From Eledone cirrhosa (taxonomy: Eukaryota): DNA of 64,000 nucleotides. The stretch lies in assembly GCA_964016885.1 (NCBI GenBank), contig OZ024755.1, positions 34,658,001 to 34,722,000 on the forward strand, written 5' to 3'. Below, piece after piece: positions 54,886-64,000 of this stretch. A program made the position numbers and the translations under genes. How positions within the stretch are numbered: the first letter of the stretch is position 1; each line of letters starts with the position of its first letter. Below the pieces are notes generated by a model. It was not told where the DNA came from. It did not search any database and saw only the letters and a list, made by a program, of their open reading frames with translations.

Positions 54886-55680
54886 ACAAATAAATAGATG
54901 GGTATATCATGTCATAGATAATTGTTCTAATGAGTTATGAGGGATATTGGTTTTGTATTTAATGTAAATAAATATTAAGTTAAATTAAATTAAATTAACT
55001 GAATTAAGAAGAATATTTGGGAAGATACGGAAAAAACTCCGCTTTTATTTATTTATTCGTGAGTGTGAGACTATTTAGTCAAAATAAGTGTAGATGTTGA
55101 AAGATACATTTTGCCAGAATCAGTTAGTGGTTATAAATCTATTGAAAAAATATTGATAAATTAATGAAAAAATTATTGAAAAAGTATTGAAAAAATATTG
55201 AATAATTTGAGAAAATTTTTTTTTAAATTAATTTATAAGAGATAAGTAATTTTTAAAGAAGTAAAATTTAAAGAAATAAAAATTAAAGAAATAAAAATTA
55301 TTAAAATTAAAATTTAAAAAAATTAGAATTATATACGTATATATTTTATGAAACTTTAAGAAGTCGAATTACAGCAAATGTTATAGATATGATTTAGAGA
55401 TATCAATATATTAAAACCAAGTGGATGAGATTGTTATGGAAATAAGTAAAAATATTATAAGTTATATATAGTTCTGAATGTTGAATTCTGGCAATGTCTT
55501 AAATAAATTCGTTCTTAGATTAATAGAGTTTTTACATTTAAGTATGAAAAAAATTTCCTCAATATACAATTTGCATAATCTAAATGAAGCTGTGTTTCGG
55601 TACACGGGTGCTTTTGAAACTATTTCCCAAGGTAATGAGTAGTCCATATTCTTACATTTTAAGTTCCATAATTTGTTGAG
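54437..55680 (-). mobile_element. 3' portion of a second Naiad-type PLE: GIY-YIG C-terminus, then pLTR with truncated family A HHR (54437-54479)
   Basis: DYSLPWEIVSKA..Y...CKLYIEE..FIL....N.R; downstream gtattttat-CTGAGGA-aagcatacca..tggtaccctt. Confidence 0.65.
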
Positions 55681-55744
55681 TGCTCTAAATCAGTTATAAA
55701 CATTTATATTTGTCAGACTTCCAGCAAATTAAATACCCCTTCTA

Positions 55745-55786
<42 letters not shown>

Positions 55787-56865
55787 TTTACTCAGCTGTA
55801 GAAATGAGATGATAGGGACTGGGGTCCCTATCATTCCACTGTTAAGTGGTCGTGGAGGTGCCACGGCAAAAAAGCAACCAGCACTCACTGTAAATGAGGT
55901 CGGTGTTAGGAAGGGCATCCAGCTGTAGAAATCAAGCCAGAATCAGTTCCCGTCCCACCCTTGCAAGCAGGGAAAAAGCGGACGTAAAATGAAATGATGA
56001 TATATTATGAAATACTGTTGGCTTCTTGCTCACATTAATTTCTCTATTTTCATTTATCTATATATATATATATAGAGAGATAGATATATATATACACAAA
56101 CATATATATATATATATATAATAAGAAGAAGTTTACTCGACATTTGAATTAGCTCAATGAATTACCGGAGCCGAATCTGGTCCCTTACAATTTGAACACA
56201 TATATGTATATGTCTGCGTTCATCTTTCTTTTTTGTTCAGTTATATTATACGGCTCAGAAAAACCTCTTTCCTAGAGCTATTGTATTGTAAGAGACTATT
56301 TTGAGTTTGTAACTCAATATATGCTTTTGATATATTTGACTCCGTTAATTCGTCGAGCTAATTCAAATGTCGAGTAAACCCGGCTGCTATTTTTTAGTGG
56401 AGTGAGTTTGTGAGACACGCTAAGTGCTGGCACCATGTGCGTTATATATACACACACTATCCAGTTTTTTAATATACTTAGAAGTGATCAGGATACTAAT
56501 AATTCTTCACCCGCTGATGAGCTAGAATTTTGGTATTCCTCTTCACAATTAATATTGCGAAACAGTATTATCAAAACTGTCCGGGTGATTGGTAGTTACC
56601 ACAAATCTGGTTTGTATTTATTTTCTTGATATATTCTTAAATTGAGTCTGGCAAACTCTATTGTCTGTAGTTAGTATTCTTTTCACCTTAGCGAATCTGG
56701 TCCCTTACGATTTGAACACATATATGTATATGTCTGTGTTTCTCTTTCTTTTTTGTTCAGTTATACTATACGGTTCGGAAAAACCTCTTTCCTAGAGCTA
56801 ATGTTATTGTAAGAGACCATTTTGAATTTCTAACTCAATATATGCCTTTGATATATATCATCATC

Positions 56866-56935
<70 letters not shown>

Positions 56936-57034
56936 AGCCAACATAACTTCAGTAAGGCAGCAAATATTGTCAGTTGGGGATAGCTGACACTAAGAATAGA
57001 GAACAGAGTTGATAAATAACACGAATGAATTAAT

Positions 57035-57410
57035 AAATGATGGTGATGGTGATGATGGTAATGGACATGGTGATGGTGATGATGATGGACATGGTGGTGA
57101 TGATGATGGTGATAATGATAATGATGTTCATGGCAATGATAATGATGGTGGTGTTGATGGTGATGGTGATGGTGATGATGATGGTCATGGTCATGATGAT
57201 GGTGATGGTGATGATGATAATGGTGATGATACTGATAATGATGATGATGATGATGATTATGGTCATCATCATGACGACGACAATGACAATGATGATGATA
57301 ATGGTGACGACAATGATGATGATGAAGATTATGATGACGATGATGATGATGATAACAATAATAATGAAGAATATAACCTGATGATAACGATGATGATGAT
57401 GATGATGTAA
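57035..57410. repeat. (GAT/GGT)n trinucleotide repeat
   Basis: Directly visible. Confidence 0.95.
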
Positions 57411-57738
57411 CTATAAGTATTCATATATGCCATTAGTCACCAGTCGTTGTGATAACAAATTTTAAACAAGATGATAGTAAATTGTTCACAGTGTAGCATG
57501 ACTAATTGAATATAAATAAGACACCAGTCACGAGTTGTTTCATATGTGAGGAAGTAATAGTAGGAAATATCGGTCATTGATTGTCCAGTGAACAGAGAAC
57601 ATCAATAATATGGACAGCACTTCATATTAATTCATAAGAAATTTATTCAATACTTTTAACTAGTACTTAGTAACACAGCCTGTTATTTTATTGCTGTTGT
57701 TGTTGTTGTTGATTCACTAAGGTGTTTGAATTAAACGG

Positions 57739-59322
57739 CTAGTGAATTGATGGGACCCTGAGGTAGTTGGACTAGTGAATTGATGGGACCCTGAGGTAGT
57801 TGGACTAGTGAATTGATGGGACCCTGAGGTAGTTGGACTAGTGAATTGATGGGACCCTGAGGTAGTTGGACTAGTGAATTGATGGGACCCTGAGGTAGTT
57901 GGACTAGTGAATTGATGGGACCCTGAGGTAGTTGGACTAGTGAATTGATGGGACCCTGAGGTAGTTGGACTAGTGAATTGATGGGACCCTGAGGTAGTTG
58001 GACTAGTGAATTGATGGGACCCTGAGGTAGTTGGACTAGTGGATTGATGGGACCCTGAGGTAGTTGGACTAGTGGATTGATGGGACCCTGAGGTAGTTGG
58101 ACTAGTGAATTGGTGGGACCCTGAGGTAGTTGGACTAGTGGATTGATGGGACCCTGAGGTAGTTGGACAAGTGAATTGATGGGACCCTGAGGTAGTTGGA
58201 CTAGTGAATTGATGGGACCCTGAGGTAGTTGGACTAGTGGATTGATGGGACCCTGAGGTAGTTGGACAAGTGAATTGATGGGACCCTGAGGTAGTTGGAC
58301 TAGTGAATTGATGGGACCCTGAGGTAGTTGGACTAGTGGATTGATGGGACCCTGAGGTAGTTGGACTAGTGAATTGATGGGACCCTGAGGTAGTTGGACT
58401 AGTAAATTGATGGGACCCTGAGGTAGTTGGACTAGTGGATTGATGGGACCCTGAGGTAGTTGGACTAGTGAATTGGTGGGACCCTGAGGTAGTTGGACTA
58501 GTGGATTGATGGGACCCTGAGGTAGTTGGACAAGTGAATTGATGGGACCCTGAGGTAGTTGGACTAGTGAATTGATGGGGCCCTGAGGTAGTTGGACAAG
58601 TGGATTGATGGGACCCTGAGGTAGTTGGACTAGTGGATTGATGGGGCCCTGAGGTAGTTGGACTAGTTAATTGATGGGACCCTGAGGTAGTTGGACTAGT
58701 GGATTGATGGGACCCTGAGGTAGTTGGACTAGTGAATTGATGGGACCCTGAGGTAGTTGGACTAGTTAATTGATGGGACCCTGAGGTAGTTGGACTAGTG
58801 GATTGATGGGACCTTGAGGTAGTTGGACTAGTGAATTGGTGGGACCCTGAGGTAGTTGGACTAGTGAATTGGTGGGACCCTGAGGTAGTTGGACTAGTGA
58901 ATTGATGGGACCCTGAGGTAGTTGGACTAGTTAATTGATGGGACCCTGAGGTAGTTGGACTAGTGGATTGATGGGACCCTGAGGTAGTTGGACAAGTGAA
59001 TTGATGGGACCCTGAGGTAGTTGGACTAGTGAATTGATGGGGCCCTGAGGTAGTTGGACAAGTGGATTGATGGGACCCTGAGGTAGTTGGACTAGTGGAT
59101 TGATGGGGCCCTGAGGTAGTTGGACTAGTGAATTGATGGGACCCTGAGGTAGTTGGACAAGTGAATTGATGGGGCCCTGAGGTAGTTGGACTAGTGAATT
59201 GATGGGGACCTGAGGTAGTTGGACTAGTTAATTGATGGGGCCCTGAGGTAGTTGGACTAGTTAATTGATGGGGCCCTGAGGTAGTTGGACTAGTTAATTG
59301 ATGGGCCCCTGAGGTAGTTGGA
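57739..59322. repeat. Exactly 48 x 33-bp tandem array (ctagtgaattgatgggaccctgaggtagttgga)
   Basis: 1584 bp = 48 x 33; substitutions only, no length variation seen. Confidence 0.97.
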
Positions 59323-59356
59323 AGATATACTCAAGATAGTAAATAATCACAACCAA

Positions 59357-60195
59357 TGGCGGTGGATTGGCAGTATTGGTAGAGGATCAGACGCCATGCT
59401 TTGCAGCATAGAGTTATGACTCTTTACATTCTGAGTTCAAATCCCAACGAGCTTAAACTATGCCTTTCATCCTTACGGGGTCAATAAAATAAAGTACCAG
59501 TAATACACTGGAGTAATAGCTGGCCTTGTGCCAAAAGTAGAAACAATTATTTTCTGAGGGAGAATGGCAGTAAACAGCAGAGCATCGGGACCCCATAATT
59601 TGCAGTATAGAGTTTTGGTCCTTTACGTTCTGAGTTCAAATCCCACCGAGGTTAACTTTGCCTTTCATCCTTACGGGGTCGATAAAATAAAGTACCAGTA
59701 ATGCACTGAGGTAATTGCTGGCCTTGTGCCAAAAGTAGAAACAATTATTAACCCTTTAGCATTTAGACCAGCTGTATCCGGCCAGAATTCTCTCACCTCT
59801 TTCTCTTCAAATTGGCCATAACTGGTCACTCGTACCAACGTTAAGGTATTGTTCTCAAAATAAATATCGAAATCTCATAGATTTGATATTATTTGAGATA
59901 AAGCCTTTTCTGTGAAAATACAATAATAAATATAGAATAATGTGAATGCTAAAGGGTTAAATATCAAAGGATGGTTGGTTAGCAGTAATCAGTAGAGCAT
60001 CAGACACGGTAGCGTCAGGCAGCATAGATTTATGGCCATTTATGATCTGAGTTCAAATTCTGCCGAGATTAACTTTACCTTTCATGCTTACAGATTTGAT
60101 AAAATATAGCACCAGTAATGTACTGGGGTCGATTTAATTAACTTTCTCCTCCCCCTTCAAATTGCTGGCCTAGTACCTAAAGTAGAAACAATTAT
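59357..60195 (+). mobile_element. Three head-to-tail SINE A copies with a piggyBac-like MITE (59752-59956)
   Basis: SINE A consensus; TTAA-CCCTTTAG...CTAAAGGG-TTAA. Confidence 0.9.
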
Positions 60196-60606
60196 TAGTA
60201 AGGATATAGGTTAATAGATGAGGTGCTGATTGATCTGTGGTAAAGACGGGGAAGGTAAAAACTTGATTTTTCTTTTTGTTGAACTCATTTTTTTCATTTA
60301 ATCATCAGAATTTAATACATGAGCTTTAGTGCAATTAACTGTGATCTACCATACTAAACCTTTTACAACAAACTTAGGTTCCAGTTAGATTAGCTAATTC
60401 AATTATGATGAAGTATGGGGCTGAACTGGTAATACACTGGGAAAATTGCTGGCCTTGTGCCAAAAATAGAAACAATTATTATTAAATATTAACGAACCCT
60501 ATAGTTCTGTAGATCATTTCTAGTATTGTAGGTTAGATGGAAAAATTTAAACACACACACTCCACCTTCATCATCATTATCATCGGTATCAACATTATCA
60601 CTGTAT

Positions 60607-60804
60607 CAGACCTGTCAACACTCTCCATCTGACGGGGAGATCTCCCACCCACTTTGGGGTGAGTGAGAGATGTCTTCCCTTGTGAAAATGGGTATAGCTT
60701 TCATTATGTAAAATTTCCCCATTTCGTCTCATTTCTCCGCGTTTTGAAGCACATTTTTTTTTCATGGTACTCCCCGTTTAGGCTTTTAGAGGTTGGCAGG
60801 TCTG
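60607..60804. mobile_element. TIR MITE, empty sister of 10448-10844
   Basis: CAGACCTGTCAAC ... GTTGGCAGGTCTG. Confidence 0.75.
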
Positions 60805-61359
60805 CAATTTTACAACTGTTTTCCATGCTTTCATGGGTTAGACTGGCTGTCATACTCTGAGGTTAGGCAGGCAAGTCAAATGACAGTGCCTTGGTCATAT
60901 GTTCCATTTTAATATGGTTTGATGCCTTTCCTTATCACCAATCACTTGACAGTATGAAATACACCATGGTCATTTTCTCGTGAAAAGAGGGGGAGATAGA
61001 TGCACACACAATATTAGGTAGATAAACTGAATAAAAAACAATTTGTAGCATACATACATACATATATCATCATCATCATCAACGTTTAACGTCCGTGTTC
61101 CACGCTTGCATGGGTTTGGACGGGGGTTTTCCCACTTGAGGCAAGAGTGATTGTCTTGCTCGCATAGGACTGTCTGGCGGGTTTTCTACAGCTGGATGCC
61201 CTTCCTAACACCGACCACATTTACAGTGTGGGGCTGGGAGGTTTTTACCGTGTTGCCTACACGGCCACATTACAGCGTGGACTGTCTGGCGGGTAGCCTG
61301 GAAGATATATATATACAATGATATTAAATAAATGGAAACTATATTTATAAAACCATACT

Positions 61360-61422
61360 TATTCTATTATATATATTTCAAGGGTACCAAAAAACTTTGG
61401 TACACTTTCATCAGATAAAATA
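61360..61422 (-). ncRNA. Type I hammerhead ribozyme, family A copy 3
   Basis: Reverse complement tattttat-CTGATGA-aagtgtaccaa..ttggtaccctt-GAAA-T-ATAT-A-TA-atagaata. Confidence 0.8.
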
Positions 61423-62280
61423 CAAAGTGTGTTTTATAAATTTTGAGTGTTTTATAAATTTTGAATATTTACTCCACAAATCTGTCGAGTGCTCTGAATC
61501 AGTTATAAACATTTATATTTGTTGGATTTCCAACAAATTAAATACCCCTTCTACTTATATATATATATAATCTAATCTAATCTGGCTGAGTTTACACTCA
61601 CAAATAAGAAGAACCAGGGCTGCCCCTAGGAGCATTGGATTTGGTGTACTTCATATTTGTTTCAGTTGCTGAATACAATCAGGGGTCACTGCTTCTCCTG
61701 AAGGTCAATAGTTCTCTTCTAACTCAAGCGGGAGCGCCTTTCCAATGTCAATTTGTATTGATCATCTGTAAAGCCACACTGTTCTCAGAACCACTACACC
61801 AGTCTTTCGATGTGTGTAGCTGGAACCACTGCCACCCATTGATTTGGCAGGATTTTTTTTTTTTATGGCTGTGGACTCTTATGAGTTCTTCTACAATTTT
61901 TCAGGTTTTGTTTTTTGTCCTGCAGCGTGTCCAAAATCACCCACCTTACCAAGTAAACTTGGCGGGGTTGCCAGTTTAGTTGCTGATGACCCAATCATGG
62001 AACAGGTATATATACTTATGTATATATATATATATATATATGTATATCCCTCTCTCTCTCTATATATATATATATAGTTTCCAGTAACCATCATGTTTCT
62101 GAAAACTGGTCAAGTTACACACACAATATATGATTAAAGTATTAATAAATTATTAAGCTATGTCTGATCAAAAGATGCCATAAGGTGCTTCTGTTATTTC
62201 TTTTTCTCTTTGTATCTATATATATTGTGTTCAGTCTATTTAAGTGCAAATATCCACACACAACGATCAATATATATATA

Positions 62281-62344
<64 letters not shown>

Positions 62345-62466
62345 GGAGGTGAGTTTTATTGTAGTACAATAAAGCAATGCAGATATCGGATAAGAAGCAC
62401 TCTACAGTTTGTAGGACTGGAGTATGCATAATATAAGATCAAAAGATGGTTAAAGGAGTTCCATGT

Positions 62467-62535
62467 ATTTTATTATGCGCATTTCAAAAACAAATATCAT
62501 CATGCAATAATATTTGTGTTTTCATCAGATAAAAC
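62467..62535 (-). ncRNA. Type I hammerhead ribozyme (mirror copy)
   Basis: Reverse complement of 62639-62707; one G-U becomes A-U in stem II. Confidence 0.85.
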
Positions 62536-62638
62536 AGGAGAACATGATATGAAGGCTAAAAAACACTTGTGGATAGTGCAGTTGATTTAAAACTGCACTA
62601 TCCACAAGCGTTTTTTAGCCTTCATATCATGTTCTCCT

Positions 62639-62707
62639 GTTTTATCTGATGAAAACACAAATATTATTGCATGATGATGTTTGTTTTTGAAATGCGCATA
62701 ATAAAAT
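62639..62707 (+). ncRNA. Type I hammerhead ribozyme
   Basis: gttttat-CTGATGA-[16-bp stem II, GCAT loop]-GAAA-T-GCGC-A-TA-ataaaat. Confidence 0.85.
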
Positions 62708-63010
62708 ACATGGAACTCCTTTAACCATCTTTTGATCTTATATTATATATATATATATATATATGTGTGTATATATATATAAGTAGAGATAGTTTTTTAT
62801 GTATGTATGTATGTATCTATCTATATATATTAGTAGAGATACTTTTTTTTATGTATGTATGTATGTATGTATCTATATATATATATAATAATAATAATAA
62901 ATTTGAAGTCTAAAATCCAAAGAGGGCTCGATAAGGATAAATATGGTTAGTTTCAGAAGATCCCGTTAAGGGTGAAAGTAGCGATTCTTTGCTTAAACTT
63001 TAATCTGTTA

Positions 63011-63061
<51 letters not shown>

Positions 63062-64000
63062 CAACACTGTCAATATCATCATTATCATTTAATATCTGGT
63101 ATATATACAAGGTGTCCCCTAATAAATATTGCCTGTACAGGTAATCAAAGTGTGTATACATTTCTTATGTGTATATAAATATATATATGACCTCTGGCAT
63201 CGCGCACTAATACAGAAGACCCGACATCCCACGGAAATAAGCTGAAGCATATAGACACCAAAGTGGTTGTGGAGGTTTCATGACAAAAACGCACCCAGCA
63301 CTTACTGTAAAGTGGTCATGTAGGTGTCACGGACAAAAAAGCACCCAGCACTCACTGTAAATGAGGTTGGTGTTAGGAAGAGCATCCAGCTGTAGAAATC
63401 AAGCCAGAATCAGTTCCCGTCCCACCCTTGCAAGCAGGGAAAAGCGGATATAAAATGATGATGATGATGATGCAATATATATATATATATATATATATAT
63501 AGGAAAATGTTTAACCCAAACGTCTGAGCTCAAGCCGTTTCATTGTTATATTTGAGGAGGGTCATATTGTTATAATATTGCCAGAAATAATAATAGAACA
63601 CACTCAGTGTTTGGTTGTGATTGGCTTTCGCTTCTGTATCTTTTATATGTTCATAGTTAATTTATCTGACAATCAATGTTTATCATTGATTGACCATCAG
63701 TTAAAAATACAGATATAAATATATATATATAAATATATATAGTCCATCAATATATGTATATAGTCTATCAAAGTTCTTTCATCACACATCTGCGACATCA
63801 TCAGTGGTACTATTATGTTTCCTCCCATTGTATTGTAATGCCTACGCCATTTTTATTTAATTTATTTATTTATTTCTCCTTGTCTCTATCTCTGTTTGCG
63901 CACGTATTTGCATGTGTGTATAGTGTTTGGGTGTATGTTTTTATTTTTGTATTCTATCTTTGTTCAGTAGTGTGTGTTTATAGGTGTTTGTTGTTATTGT

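Larger units (their letters stand above)
62428..62746. repeat. Near-perfect palindrome: 156-bp arms, 7-nt spacer
   Basis: 62428-62583 is the reverse complement of 62591-62746 with two mismatches seen. Confidence 0.95.

Noticed and set aside
57009-57410. Asp/His-rich biomineralisation-like protein
   Set aside because: (GAT/GGT)n repeat open in multiple frames with no splice or domain support
57739-59322. CRISPR array or let-7 precursor cluster
   Set aside because: Units are contiguous with no unique spacers and no cas genes; the let-7 match ends at nt 12 and no star-arm hairpin is visible

Overview
AT-rich, microsatellite-dense eukaryotic non-coding DNA. The repeat repertoire suggests an octopus or other cephalopod genome (inference, not verified). 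No intact host gene is recognisable, and nearly all long ORFs in the track are translated microsatellites. The window contains decayed RTE, CRE and CR1/L2 LINEs, Penelope-like elements (Naiad-type RT plus GIY-YIG), two tRNA-derived SINE families, non-autonomous Helitrons, piggyBac-, mariner- and hAT-type MITEs, a fragmented hAT transposase and several minisatellites. Three signals stand out. (1) There are about 12 type I hammerhead-ribozyme (HHR) motifs from at least five repeat families, including a 326-bp circularly permuted retrozyme-like monomer with an octamer motif, a 319-bp palindrome with one HHR on each strand, and U3-A8 core variants. (2) A 48 x 33-bp tandem array has a let-7 8mer site on the minus strand of every unit, inside an invariant 13-nt core, and also a stop-free Ser/Thr-rich frame. 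(3) Fold-back inverted duplications recur, and their breakpoints often fall inside HHR motifs. All coordinates and structures were read by eye.
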